DNA from: Marispirochaeta sp.
GTDB lineage: Bacteria; Spirochaetota; Spirochaetia; JC444; Marispirochaetaceae
Direction of reading: 5' to 3'
Assembly: GCA_963676835.2 (NCBI GenBank)
Contig: CAXXFF010000002.1
Span: 1,120,001-1,184,000, forward strand
Length of the DNA stretch: 64,000 nt
Shown: positions 1-9,282 of the stretch, in pieces
Layout of the letters: every line of letters begins with the position of its first letter
How positions within the stretch are numbered: the first letter of the stretch is position 1
Notes under the pieces: generated by a model
The model's input: the letters and a program-made list of their open reading frames with translations, nothing else
What the model was told of the DNA's origin: nothing
Databases searched by the model: none
Program-made: the position numbers and the translations under genes

Positions 1-444
1 TTCGATAATATTAGCCGGTCTGCAGATGTATTCCGGCATCAGCAGTTCTGTAATATGGCGGTCAAAAAAATATTCTCCCCTGTTGATCAGCTCCAATCCC
101 GCAATCAGTACTTCCGGTGAGGATTGTTTGGTGAAGTATCCGCTTGCACCCTGTTGCAGGGCCTGCTGGAAATAGTCGAGCCGGGCAAACATGGAGTGAA
201 CAGCAACCTTGCTGCGGGGGGATATTGTTTTCAGCTGGGGCAGCAGATCCAGTCCTGATTCTTCGCCCAGGGATATATCCAGAAGGCAGATGTCGGGCTG
301 ATGGTGCTCCATGAGGCCTGATGCTTTTTCTGTACTCCCCGTTTCTGCAACCACAATAAACCGGTTGCTGGCTCTGAGAATGGATTTGATTCCCTCCCGT
401 ACCGCACTGTGGTCTTCAATTATAAGGACGCTGACTCTTTCCAT
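1..444 (-). CDS. NarL/FixJ-family response regulator (3' end outside window)
   Basis: Missing from the ORF track; translated by hand from ATG at 444: MERVSVLIIEDHSAVREGIKSIL...PDICLLDISLGEESGLDLL...GASGYFTK, a receiver domain. Directly downstream of a histidine kinase. Confidence 0.9.
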   Translation of the reverse strand, partial: MERVSVLIIEDHSAVREGIKSILRASNRFIVVAETGSTEKASGLMEHHQPDICLLDISLGEESGLDLLPQLKTISPRSKVAVHSMFARLDYFQQALQQGASGYFTKQSSPEVLIAGLELINRGEYFFDRHITELLMPEYICRPANIIE

Positions 445-448
445 TTTA

Positions 449-1615
449 TTATTCCTTTATGTAATCCTGAATACTCAGTAAGAATTCTACTGTTGTTCCC
501 CTGCCCTGTTTGCTGCTGATGGAAATATGGCCTCCGAGAATGGCTGCCCTTTCCTGCATTCCCCTGAGTCCCATGCCGCGTCCAGTACTCTCTTTCTCCT
601 TTTCTGTATCAAAACCGGTGCCATTGTCACGTATGCTGATTTTCAGGTGAGGAAAGGAGAGCAGGATGCGAAGTTCCACAGCCGATGCCCGTGCGTGTTT
701 ACGGATATTCTGCAGAGCTTCCTGAACAATTCTGTATAGATGAATCCTCAGGTCATAGGGAAGTTCCATGTTGCGGATGCCTGTCTCGGAGTAGTCAGCT
801 TTCCAGCCTGCCTCTCCTGCAAGATCCGAGAGGAGACTTTGAATCCCCTTGCCAAGGGGCAGTGATGCTGCTTTTCCCGGACGGATATCATAGCTGAGCC
901 TTCGTATTTTTTCGATGGCGGAATCCAGATGAGTTTCCCTGTTCTGGCGGTTCTCCTCCATGCGCAGGAGATAAAGCTTCTGGGCAATATCATCATGAAG
1001 ATCCAGGGCAATTGAGTGCATCCGTTTCTCATAGTCACTGATCAGATATCGGGAAAGCTGGTGCGCCCGTTTTTCTGCAACCAGAAGCTGCCTGTTGCGG
1101 CGGGAGTAGGTAAAAACAAAAAATACGCTGGTAAAAAGAAGGGCTGATATAAACAGATTGAGGTTCTGAAAATAGCGGGACTGCTGAATAATAAAAGAGT
1201 TGAACTCCGCCGCAAGTTGATTAAGGTTTTCGGTAAGTGTCCGGGCACTATCTCGTGGATAGGGTATTTCATCCAACTTGAGAGAATACCAGGTTTCAAT
1301 CTGCTGCCTGGATTCCTGAATACTGTGTAGAGTATCTGCTGTATTATTGTTCCAGAGACTCAAAAGGGTGACGATCCGTATATTTCCCAGTTCTTTAATT
1401 GCTTCGTTTGTCTTCATTATCTGCCTGCGGAAATCGGAAGAGTCCTCTCCGGCAAAGATATAGAGCGCTTGCTCTTCACTCCAGGCAATCTGGCTGTTGA
1501 GCACTGCATTCTGGGATCGGTTAATGGAAAGTCGGGATTCGTTCAGGTTCCATGCGATGAAAAGCAGTGCTCCTATTGAGAAAGTAATGCCCAGTGACTT
1601 TAAGATAGTCTGCAC
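449..1615 (-). CDS. Membrane sensor histidine kinase, NarX/UhpB (HisKA_3) type
   Basis: Two TM segments, IALDLHDDIAQ H-box, VQEALQNIRKHA N-box, DNGTGF and GMGLRGMQER G-boxes. Confidence 0.9.
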   Translation of the reverse strand: MQTILKSLGITFSIGALLFIAWNLNESRLSINRSQNAVLNSQIAWSEEQALYIFAGEDSSDFRRQIMKTNEAIKELGNIRIVTLLSLWNNNTADTLHSIQESRQQIETWYSLKLDEIPYPRDSARTLTENLNQLAAEFNSFIIQQSRYFQNLNLFISALLFTSVFFVFTYSRRNRQLLVAEKRAHQLSRYLISDYEKRMHSIALDLHDDIAQKLYLLRMEENRQNRETHLDSAIEKIRRLSYDIRPGKAASLPLGKGIQSLLSDLAGEAGWKADYSETGIRNMELPYDLRIHLYRIVQEALQNIRKHARASAVELRILLSFPHLKISIRDNGTGFDTEKEKESTGRGMGLRGMQERAAILGGHISISSKQGRGTTVEFLLSIQDYIKE

Positions 1616-1672
1616 AATTTTCGATCCATATACTATAGTGGTACCGTTACTTTAATAGCTCAGGGGTGGAGT

Positions 1673-2290
1673 GTGCAAGACAAAATAATCCGGAATACCT
1701 GGCTGAACCGGCTGCGGAATTATATTCTTTCCAGCAGATACCTTCCTTTCCTGGTAATCATACCGGCCGCTTTTTTCAATGTCATGCTGCAGCGCCTCAA
1801 CGTGGGACTTTCCCTGCCCTTTTTCCTGGACTCTATTTTTACTGCCATAACTGCTGCCCTGTTCGGTATTTTCCCCGGTGTGGCTACCGGGATTATTACC
1901 AATCTATTTATGGAGATTGACCTCGATTTCGGGGGCCTTTACTGGCAGTGGGGGCTCTGTAATGCCGCTACCGGATTCATCGTAGGTGTTGCCGCGAAAA
2001 AAGGGTATTTTTCCAGCTTCACCTATTTTCTGATTACCGCCGCCGCCGTAACCCTGGCAAACTCCCTTCTCGGGGCTGTTATTGCTGTTTATGTTTTCGG
2101 CGGAGTAACCGGTTCCCCTGTGGATTTTATAGTCATGGGCCTTGCTGCCGCCGGAAGGGATATCTTCTCCAGCGCATTCCTTGCCCGGCTGATTACCAAC
2201 CTTGTGGATAAATCCATTGCCGTGGGTATTGCTTTCGGGGTGTACCGCTGGGTTCGGGGTGGTTTTTACCAGGCTCAACCACTATTTTAA
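1673..2290 (+). CDS. ECF transporter S component-like membrane protein
   Basis: About 6 hydrophobic helices with LPFFLDSIFT, FG..PG..TG and NLVDK motifs. Confidence 0.7.
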   Translation: MQDKIIRNTWLNRLRNYILSSRYLPFLVIIPAAFFNVMLQRLNVGLSLPFFLDSIFTAITAALFGIFPGVATGIITNLFMEIDLDFGGLYWQWGLCNAATGFIVGVAAKKGYFSSFTYFLITAAAVTLANSLLGAVIAVYVFGGVTGSPVDFIVMGLAAAGRDIFSSAFLARLITNLVDKSIAVGIAFGVYRWVRGGFYQAQPLF

Positions 2291-2335
2291 AAAGGTGGAT
2301 TTTTAAGTTGCACTGATTTTTCTTCGCAATAATGA

Positions 2336-2740
2336 TTAAATTTCCCAGTTTTCAACACGGAGTCCGGGGATACCGGAAAAGTCCTTATGATTCAGGGTAG
2401 CCAGAATGCATCCCTGGCTCAGTGCGGTAGCGGCGATGCAGAGGTCGATTACCGGACGGGTTCTGCCTGACCGGATGGAATCCGCCTGTATTTCAGCAAA
2501 AATCTGTGCTTCGGGAAGAGAGAAGTCCAGAATAGGGATGCGGTCTTTCAGTATAAGTTCATACTTTGACTTAAGACGCTTACTGTCTACTATCTGTATT
2601 CCCTGCAGCACTTCCATCTCGCAGAAAACTGAAATACAACAGGCGGTATCACCTGTGTTTTTCCATTTTTCAATAACACTGTCCAGGGGCCTGCGTTTGA
2701 GTGGCTGGCTGTAGACCGATGTATCAAGCAGATATTTCAT
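2336..2740 (-). CDS. vapC: VapC-family PIN-domain toxin
   Basis: YLLDTSV, E in helix 2, DLCIAATA, LATLNHKDF; ATGA overlap with upstream antitoxin. Confidence 0.9.
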   Translation of the reverse strand: MKYLLDTSVYSQPLKRRPLDSVIEKWKNTGDTACCISVFCEMEVLQGIQIVDSKRLKSKYELILKDRIPILDFSLPEAQIFAEIQADSIRSGRTRPVIDLCIAATALSQGCILATLNHKDFSGIPGLRVENWEI

Positions 2741-3003
2741 GTGTCTGATTCATCAAACGGATTAAGGTAAGGGTTTTGTGTTCTTTCGGGGAGCTGTATT
2801 TCTTCGCAATCTTCTTGTGAGGCGGTGTATGTTTCCCAGGCCTCCCAGACTTCTGATGCGGGTATGTTTTCCTGTTGAACAGGCACAATTCGAACCAGCG
2901 GTTTGCCTTTCCTGGTAACCATTACGGTTTCGCCATTGCGGGCAACATCATCACAGATTTTTGAGAGACGGGTTTTTGCTTCGAAAATACCTATTTGTCT
3001 CAT
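2737..3003 (-). CDS. Phd/YefM-family antitoxin
   Basis: IGIFEAKTRLSKICDDV..GETVMVTRKGKPLVRIVP Phd signature; upstream of vapC. Confidence 0.9.
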   Translation of the reverse strand: MRQIGIFEAKTRLSKICDDVARNGETVMVTRKGKPLVRIVPVQQENIPASEVWEAWETYTASQEDCEEIQLPERTQNPYLNPFDESDT

Positions 3004-3009
3004 ATGTTA

Positions 3010-3038
3010 AAGTTACTGGTTGGCTGGTCTGTTGTCAA
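3010..3038 (-). promoter_or_regulatory. Sigma70 promoter of the phd-vapC pair (leaderless)
   Basis: TTGACA-N17-TAACTT-N6-ATG, no SD sequence. Confidence 0.7.
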
Positions 3039-3120
3039 TGGTTTCGTCAGGGGAATATGGAGCAGGAGAAGGACGTTTTTGGGTCTATTCGCTGTTTTAA
3101 TTATTGAAAAAAAGCCCTGC

Positions 3121-3516
3121 TTACGGGCCGGTAATGCTGCGGGTTATGTCGGGAAAAGCCTTCAGCAATTTGCGGTCTGCAGTATAGAGCGGTACTCCAA
3201 GTCCTGCGGCGGTATCCACAAACTCGCAGTCATAGGCAGAACAGCCGCTTTCCGCTGATAGTCTCAAAACATTGCCTGGTACCGGCTGAAACTCTCTTCC
3301 CTTCACTAATTGAGCAGCTTTATTAAAGATGTCGATTGTCTCGTCCGTTGTGAGAATACCTTTTCGTACATACAGGGTAAGCACATTTCTGAACTCACTC
3401 TGCCAGAGCATAGGGGCCGCCCATTCACTATCCTGCAAATAAAGAGTTTCAACTGCTGTGCTGAATGGAGATGACAAAAACAGATAGGAGATAACATTTG
3501 TATCGACAACAATCAT
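3121..3516 (-). CDS. vapC: VapC-family PIN-domain toxin
   Basis: IVVDTNV, SEFRNVL, SAYDCEFV, LYTADRKL. Confidence 0.9.
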   Translation of the reverse strand: MIVVDTNVISYLFLSSPFSTAVETLYLQDSEWAAPMLWQSEFRNVLTLYVRKGILTTDETIDIFNKAAQLVKGREFQPVPGNVLRLSAESGCSAYDCEFVDTAAGLGVPLYTADRKLLKAFPDITRSITGP

Positions 3517-3755
3517 TTGCGGCCGCTGTTTTTAGCTTCGTTCAGCAGTTCTTCTGTAAGGGGTAATTCGGCTGTTCGTGCCCGGTAGGATCGGGCAGTC
3601 TCCAGTACTGTTTCCCGGTTTGTCTGACTATGTCCGATTCCTTTTTCTATATAATAGATAATCTGACTGTTCAGGCTGCGGTGGTCTTTTTCTGCGGACT
3701 GTTTCAGAGCTGTGTAGATGGGATCGGGGATGTTTTTCAGGGTGATGTTTGCCAT
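3513..3755 (-). CDS. Arc/FitA-like ribbon-helix-helix antitoxin
   Basis: MANITLKNIPDPIYTALKQSAEKDHRSLNSQI; overlaps vapC start. Confidence 0.88.
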   Translation of the reverse strand: MANITLKNIPDPIYTALKQSAEKDHRSLNSQIIYYIEKGIGHSQTNRETVLETARSYRARTAELPLTEELLNEAKNSGRK

Positions 3756-3780
3756 ATTTGGCTCCTATAATTTTGACATT

Positions 3781-3826
3781 GGAACCTATATGGTGTAATT
3801 ATGGTTCCCCTTGTGTTTGCTGTCAA
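3781..3826 (-). promoter_or_regulatory. Sigma70 promoter and likely RHH operator of second TA pair
   Basis: TTGACA-N17-CATAAT (3826-3798); GGAACC..GGTTCC inverted pair at 3781-3786/3803-3808 spans the -10. Confidence 0.6.
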
Positions 3827-3861
3827 GTAATTCGGTAAATCCGGCGTGTTAGCCATGGCGC

Positions 3862-3900
3862 TTGTGAGAATCTCACAGTCAAATTGTGAGGTTCTCCTAT
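3862..3900. repeat. 39-bp palindromic direct repeat, copy 1
   Basis: TTGTGAGAATCTCACAGTCAAATTGTGAGGTTCTCCTAT; 38/39 identical to 5309-5347. Confidence 0.9.
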
Positions 3901-3956
3901 GTTTTTTAAACATGAAATAACCAAAAATAAAATGAAATGCTTTATTTGGAGGTTGT

Positions 3957-5042
3957 ATGAAGAGAATACTACTGTTTTTTGCAGTTGCAGTACTGGTTTT
4001 GTCCGGGTTTTCCTGTGCCGGCGGCGGTGCCGGGGGAGGAGATACCAGTACAGATCTCTGGAGTGATGCGGGAACCACAGATTCCAGTATTAGTCTGAGT
4101 AACGAAGATTTGAATCTTTCGGCGTCTGTATCATCGATTCTGTCCGGTTTTGCTCAGGATATCGGCAGTTCCGATGACCGGGTTTACTTCAGAAGTTCTG
4201 ATGTAGAGTTCTGGTCTATCTCCGGGATTGACGATTTGGACACGATCTGTTCTCAGAAATATAAAGTCGGGAATTCTGCTCCGGGAGAAGGGTCTTTGGA
4301 ATATGACCTTGGTGATCTTCAGGAGTCTGTTGTTTTTCGGCCTTATTCACGGGTTGCTACTCAACTTGGAGCCGGGTTGAATGAAGACTGGGATACGAAT
4401 GTTGCCAGCTATAAAAGTGACGGAAACACTAATATCAATCTTGCGAGACTTGATATTGGGGATGGAACTATATCGTTTATTATTAATGGTGAGCGTACCG
4501 GGGTCTCTCACAGCGATGGTTCCGGCTCTTCCTGGATATATACTCCTGAAGAAATTGAGGCACTGTGGAATGACGGTGACAATGGTGGCCAATACACCTA
4601 TGAAGAATATCAATACTACCTGGAGCTGGCTGAAAATTACAGTGGTATAGATGCTAACAGTATTTTCTTTGTGGATGAGCAGTTTCTTTCGGAGCCATTT
4701 CTTGCGGAACGTGAAATTCAATACGACATTGTTGACGGGACTTTAACAGCATCCGATTTCTCAATAGCCACAGATGAGTTCAATTTTATTAAACGTCTTT
4801 TTTCAAACAGCAATGAGGCACAGGACGAAGTAACAGAGTCAACGATTGATGTAGATGGTGCTCTGCTGGTTCCCACGACTCCGGTTGATATCAGTGGTTT
4901 TGATCCTTCATCGGAGGCTTTGAAAATTGTAATTTCATGGAAAATGGCCAGTGCTGTTCGTGGAAGCAGTGATGGTTACCGCATGGATGACCGGATTGGC
5001 GGGACTTGTCTGGATTTTGATGTTGAACTTGTGATTGAGTAA
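3957..5042 (+). CDS. Acidic hypothetical lipoprotein
   Basis: GGAGG SD; signal peptide ending FSC followed by a Gly-rich linker; no recognised domain. Confidence 0.8.
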   Translation: MKRILLFFAVAVLVLSGFSCAGGGAGGGDTSTDLWSDAGTTDSSISLSNEDLNLSASVSSILSGFAQDIGSSDDRVYFRSSDVEFWSISGIDDLDTICSQKYKVGNSAPGEGSLEYDLGDLQESVVFRPYSRVATQLGAGLNEDWDTNVASYKSDGNTNINLARLDIGDGTISFIINGERTGVSHSDGSGSSWIYTPEEIEALWNDGDNGGQYTYEEYQYYLELAENYSGIDANSIFFVDEQFLSEPFLAEREIQYDIVDGTLTASDFSIATDEFNFIKRLFSNSNEAQDEVTESTIDVDGALLVPTTPVDISGFDPSSEALKIVISWKMASAVRGSSDGYRMDDRIGGTCLDFDVELVIE

Positions 5043-5132
5043 CTGTCTTTTCTGTCTGGCATCTTTGCTTCAGACAGCATTTTTTAAGCAGTTGGCGGAG
5101 TCGTGTAGCTACAAAGCAAATTCCCTTATGTC

Positions 5133-5248
5133 TGCGGTGGTTGAGCGTAGTCGAAACCACCTGTTTCGCTGCGGGGATGCGGTTTCGACTTCGCTCAACC
5201 ACCTGTTTCGCTGCGGGGATGCGGTTTTGGCTCCGCTCAACCACCGCA
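5133..5248. repeat. REP/BIME-like cluster of inverted and 42-bp tandem repeats
   Basis: GGTGGTTGAGCGTAGTCGAAACC with inverted copies at 5181-5203 and 5223-5248; the AACCACCTGTTTCGCTGCGGGGATGCGGTTT unit repeats with period 42. Confidence 0.85.
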
Positions 5249-5308
5249 TTTATCAGGTGAGTGTTGTCAGTCGTCCTCACTCCACTAAGGTTCTGTCTGT
5301 CTTTGTTT

Positions 5309-5347
5309 TTGTGAGAATCTCACAGTCAAATTGTGAGATTCTCCTAT
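5309..5347. repeat. 39-bp palindromic direct repeat, copy 2
   Basis: Contains perfect GAGAATCTCACA-N7-TGTGAGATTCTC inverted repeat. Confidence 0.9.
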
Positions 5348-5409
5348 ATCTCTACCCCTGTCTTTTCGCGAAAATAGAAGCAAATGGTTCGATTATCCGG
5401 AGTTCGTCT

Positions 5410-6141
5410 ATGAAAGTACATTCCGATCCATGTCTGCAGAATCTCTTTCGCGGCTGGCAGGGCGCGGCGCCTTCCGGGGCGGGGGTTATCTTCCTCGGCC
5501 TCGATGCCAACTGGCCGGATCCCCTGATTAACCTTGGTAACAGGATTATTGATATCTATGAATACCTCGAAGACGGTGCTGCCTGGTGGCACCGGACGGG
5601 GCTGCACCATCCTCTGGCGGATATGAAGGATGTTCCCGGATATTCTTACCACAGAAACTTCCGCAAGCTGGAAATACCGAAGGAGATGGCGGAGGAAATA
5701 AGCTTTGTGGAACTCTACGGGTATGCAACTACCGGGAATCACAATGAAGGGCCGGTAAAAATTGAAACTGTGGCAGACTGCTCCGATGAGCCGCAGGAAA
5801 TACCCGGGGCAAATGTTTTAAACAACTGCTGTCATCATAGAAACCTGGAACGCTGGCTCTGCCGGGACGATGTCCTGGTGTGTCTGCCTTATGGTCAGGT
5901 GGCGAATCTTGCGAAACTGGTTCCCTGTATGGCGGAAAAACTGCCTGCTCCCGGTGAGGTTTTGCGGAATGAACTGTGGCGCCGTAAAAACATCTGTGTT
6001 CATACCCATTTATCCGCAAGTTCGGGGATTTCTGATAAACATATAAACGAGATTTCCGCCCTGATTCATTCGTGGATAACCTGGCGGATAAATAAAAAGA
6101 TAGAATCAACGCTGCAGGAGTTTTCAGCTTCCGGGCGGTAA
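5410..6141 (+). CDS. Hypothetical protein
   Basis: ORF track start 5035 runs through the REP repeats; ATG 5410 (MKVHSDP) is the more likely start. Globular, with VIFLGLDANW and HHP motifs. Confidence 0.65.
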   Translation: MKVHSDPCLQNLFRGWQGAAPSGAGVIFLGLDANWPDPLINLGNRIIDIYEYLEDGAAWWHRTGLHHPLADMKDVPGYSYHRNFRKLEIPKEMAEEISFVELYGYATTGNHNEGPVKIETVADCSDEPQEIPGANVLNNCCHHRNLERWLCRDDVLVCLPYGQVANLAKLVPCMAEKLPAPGEVLRNELWRRKNICVHTHLSASSGISDKHINEISALIHSWITWRINKKIESTLQEFSASGR

Positions 6142-6361
6142 AAATTGTATGAGGTGCAAGTTCTTTCTGTTTAGCCACCGCGATAGTAAAGCAATAGAGA
6201 TATGCGTAGCGCTGAATTCGCATCACCGTGACTGGAACAAAGTGATCAGTTTGCCGCAATAATCATTTAAAAAGTTTGCAGCAGTCCGGATAATCCGCCA
6301 ATAATAAAGTAGTACCATCAAAAGTATCTATCCGGAAAATCAACACTGGTGAGAGGATTGA

Positions 6362-9097
6362 ATGCAACGTTTTGTAATACTGTTTCTGCTGACTGTTTTT
6401 ATTTTCTGTCCGATATTTGGAGATGACACCCAATCTCGAACCGCCCTGATAATCGGCAACTCAAACTATGCATCTTCCCCCCTGAAAAACCCGGTGAATG
6501 ATGCCTCCGCAATGGCGGAACGGCTCTCCACCCTCGGATTTGATGTTACCCTGAAAACGGATGTAAGCCTTTCCGAAATGGAGTCTTCTGTACGGCGCTT
6601 TGCGGCGGATCTGGAAAAAAATAAAGGCGTGGGGCTTTTTTTCTACGCCGGCCATGCGGTTCAGGTGGACGGCTACAACTATCTTATTCCCCTGGGCCCC
6701 GGGATAGAATCGGAAGAGGAAATCAAGTTTCATGCCTATAACGCAGGTCAGATACTGGAGAGTATGGAGGGAGCCGGGAACGGCGCCAATCTGATATTTC
6801 TGGATGCATGCAGGGATAATCCCTTTGCCGCATCTTTCCGCAGTTCCAGCCGGGGACTCCGAATGGTGGAAGCTCCTTCGGGGTCTCTGATTGCCTATGC
6901 CACGGCGCCGGGTAAAACAGCTGCAGATGGGGAAGGTTCCAACGGAGTGTTTACTGAAGCTCTGCTGAAACACATTGAAGAACCGGAAATCGATGTGGAG
7001 GTTCTGCTGCGGGATGTCCGGGCTGAAGTGATTGAAAAGACAGACGGGAAACAGACTCCCTGGACTTCGTCATCCCTGATTACTCCCTTCTATTTTGCAG
7101 ATTCCGCCCTGATCCTCTCCCGCATAGCTGCCCGTAAAGAGGCGGTTTCCGCAGAGCTTGTTACGATCAACGGTGAGATTGAACGACTTACCAGGGCACG
7201 CAATTCTGCTGTCTCGGATTCTGAACGCAGAAAGCTTGAGCTCGAGCAGAATGCCCAGGCTGCAAAACTGGAAGCCGCCCGTCTTGAGGCTGAACAGCTG
7301 CAGCAGGAAGAAGCACGGCAGAAGCTTGAGGCGGAGCAGCGGGCTAAAGAAGAGGCTGCCAGAACCCGGGCCCTGGAAGAGGAAAGGTCTCAGCAGGCGA
7401 ATCTTCTCGCGGAAGCTGAGCAGAAGCGGAAGGAGATGGAATCCCTGAAGCAGGCGGGAGAAGATCCTGATCTGCTTCTGGATAACATCCATTCCCTGGA
7501 GGAGGCGATTAAGGATATTGAACGCTCCTTCAATTCGGCCTGGTCTGCAATATCCCGTGAAATATCTTCTACTTATCAGCTGAAAAAAGAAGCTGTTGAT
7601 ACCATTGAAATGGACCCCTGGGAGAGTGATGCGGAGTTTAATGAACGCATCGGGAAGCTGAAAAACAACCTCACTACCCAGGAGCGTAGTGAGCTATCCA
7701 GTCGCCGTGTTTCCCATGATAAAAGCCTGGAGGAACAGCTTGCAGACCTGAAGCGCCGTCTGTCAGAGGCTGTCCGTTCTCTGGAGACAAAACGCTGGAC
7801 CCTTTCCGGCAGCGAAGTAAATCTGACACCCTATGATTTTAACCGGGATACCAAAGAGTGGGCATTCTGTGTTGAATCGCTCGAGCGCTCGGTGCCCTTT
7901 AAAACTGTTCTTTCAGTCTCGTTGGCCGAAGCGGAAGACCTGCGTACTGCGTATCAGATTATTGATACTGCAATTAAAAGCTCTGCCCTGTCGGGCAGGA
8001 TAGAATATGCCTACGATCACCGGACTGAGTATTCCGGTTCTGTTTCCATGTATGATCTGCAGGTAAAATCTGTACGAATAATTGATCTGCTGGATAACAA
8101 CAGCATTGTTGTTCAGGATAACGCCTCTACAATTATCAGCACCTTTGGAGGTATTGATCAGCGGAAAGAGCCGCTAAACCGGTTTTCCAATATACGATTC
8201 TGGTGCAGTGATACTCAGCTTGATGTCTATTATAAAGGTGCCTTACTTGGTACGACCCCCTTCAGTACCAATCTGTTTCTGGAGGGACAGTATCCACTGC
8301 TGTTAAAGACAAAAAACGGAAAGACTCCCGGAGGCACCCGGGTTGTACAGGTTCCCGGAGGATCAAATAGAAGTGTCCAATTGGAAACTCCCTTTGTGTA
8401 TGTGCAGGGAGGGTTCTTCAAGATGGGGGACCCCCGGGGATCTGCGGATGAAAAACCGGAGCATAGTGTATATGTTTCTTCTTTTATAATGGCCAAATAC
8501 GAACTTACAAAAGGCCTACAGCATGAAGTATTGGGAAGGTATGGCTCGGTGAGCGAAGCAGACCGTGAAAAGCCTGCCACCTATATTTCCTGGATTGATG
8601 CTCTTGAATTCTGCAATAAACTGAGTAATCAGGAAGGGCTGGAACCTGTGTATACCGTCAATGGCAGTTATGTGCATTGGGATAAAGATAAAAACGGTTA
8701 CCGGCTGCCAACAGAAGCTGAATGGGAATATGCTGCCAGGGGCGGTGCGTTGAAGGATGATGTAAATTACTCCGGCAGCAGTGATTTAGGCATTGTCGGT
8801 TGGTATAAAAATAATAGTCACGAACAGCTTCAACCCGTGGGGCGGAAGAGGCCCAACGGCTTGGGGCTCTATGATATGAGCGGTAATGTCTGGGAGTGGT
8901 GCTGGGATCGATATGGAGAATATACTTCTTCCACCGCTTCGGATCCTCAGGGGCCCTATTCCGGTGACAGCCGGGTACTTCGAGGCGGGGATTATAATCA
9001 GAGTGCCTCCTATTGTGATGTATATAACAGGTACGATAAAGAACCGGGAGAGCGGTCCACCACAATAGGCCTGCGGCTGGTGCGGAATGCGGAGTAG
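6362..9097 (+). CDS. Secreted caspase-family (C14) + coiled coil + PEGA-like + FGE-sulfatase domain protein
   Basis: Signal peptide; ALIIGN..LKNPVNDA, FYAGHA and LDACR dyad; EAE-rich coil; C-terminal RLPTEAEWEYAARGG, GLYDMSGNVWEWCWD, RVLRGG, IGLRLVR. Confidence 0.9.
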   Translation: MQRFVILFLLTVFIFCPIFGDDTQSRTALIIGNSNYASSPLKNPVNDASAMAERLSTLGFDVTLKTDVSLSEMESSVRRFAADLEKNKGVGLFFYAGHAVQVDGYNYLIPLGPGIESEEEIKFHAYNAGQILESMEGAGNGANLIFLDACRDNPFAASFRSSSRGLRMVEAPSGSLIAYATAPGKTAADGEGSNGVFTEALLKHIEEPEIDVEVLLRDVRAEVIEKTDGKQTPWTSSSLITPFYFADSALILSRIAARKEAVSAELVTINGEIERLTRARNSAVSDSERRKLELEQNAQAAKLEAARLEAEQLQQEEARQKLEAEQRAKEEAARTRALEEERSQQANLLAEAEQKRKEMESLKQAGEDPDLLLDNIHSLEEAIKDIERSFNSAWSAISREISSTYQLKKEAVDTIEMDPWESDAEFNERIGKLKNNLTTQERSELSSRRVSHDKSLEEQLADLKRRLSEAVRSLETKRWTLSGSEVNLTPYDFNRDTKEWAFCVESLERSVPFKTVLSVSLAEAEDLRTAYQIIDTAIKSSALSGRIEYAYDHRTEYSGSVSMYDLQVKSVRIIDLLDNNSIVVQDNASTIISTFGGIDQRKEPLNRFSNIRFWCSDTQLDVYYKGALLGTTPFSTNLFLEGQYPLLLKTKNGKTPGGTRVVQVPGGSNRSVQLETPFVYVQGGFFKMGDPRGSADEKPEHSVYVSSFIMAKYELTKGLQHEVLGRYGSVSEADREKPATYISWIDALEFCNKLSNQEGLEPVYTVNGSYVHWDKDKNGYRLPTEAEWEYAARGGALKDDVNYSGSSDLGIVGWYKNNSHEQLQPVGRKRPNGLGLYDMSGNVWEWCWDRYGEYTSSTASDPQGPYSGDSRVLRGGDYNQSASYCDVYNRYDKEPGERSTTIGLRLVRNAE

Positions 9098-9176
9098 CTT
9101 AACCTGACACGTTCAGAACATGACTGGAGCTGTCGGTAATTCGTCGAGCTGCAAATGGCAGTTCTGCGTGTAAATA

Positions 9177-9210
9177 GAGAATAAATTTTTTTAATCAATC
9201 TTTTTCCCAC
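9177..9210 (+). promoter_or_regulatory. Shared upstream motif (A-tract/T-tract ... TTTTCCCAC), copy A
   Basis: GAGAATAAATTTTTTTAATCAATCTTTTTCCCAC aligns without gaps to copies at 17290-17323 and 17579-17612. Confidence 0.55.
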
Positions 9211-9282
9211 TGACTGAAATATATGCCGGAGTACGGAACCAAAGCTGCCGTGGGGAGACGCAATATATCAGGAGAAGATTAT

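Noticed and set aside
231..419. 62-aa ORF in the track
   Set aside because: Wrong frame; the real gene is the response regulator starting at 444.
3863..3877. CRP site TGTGA..TCACA
   Set aside because: Spacer is 5 bp rather than 6, and the site is part of a larger repeat.
5133..5248. CRISPR array
   Set aside because: Units are inverted or tandem with identical spacers; no cas genes.
5035..5409. N-terminal extension of the 368-aa ORF and antisense ORF 4891-5280
   Set aside because: Peptide repeats are just translations of the REP-like DNA repeats.
8880..9180. Diversity-generating retroelement at the FGE domain 3' end
   Set aside because: No template repeat, reverse transcriptase or avd gene seen in the window; codons are not clearly AAY-derived.
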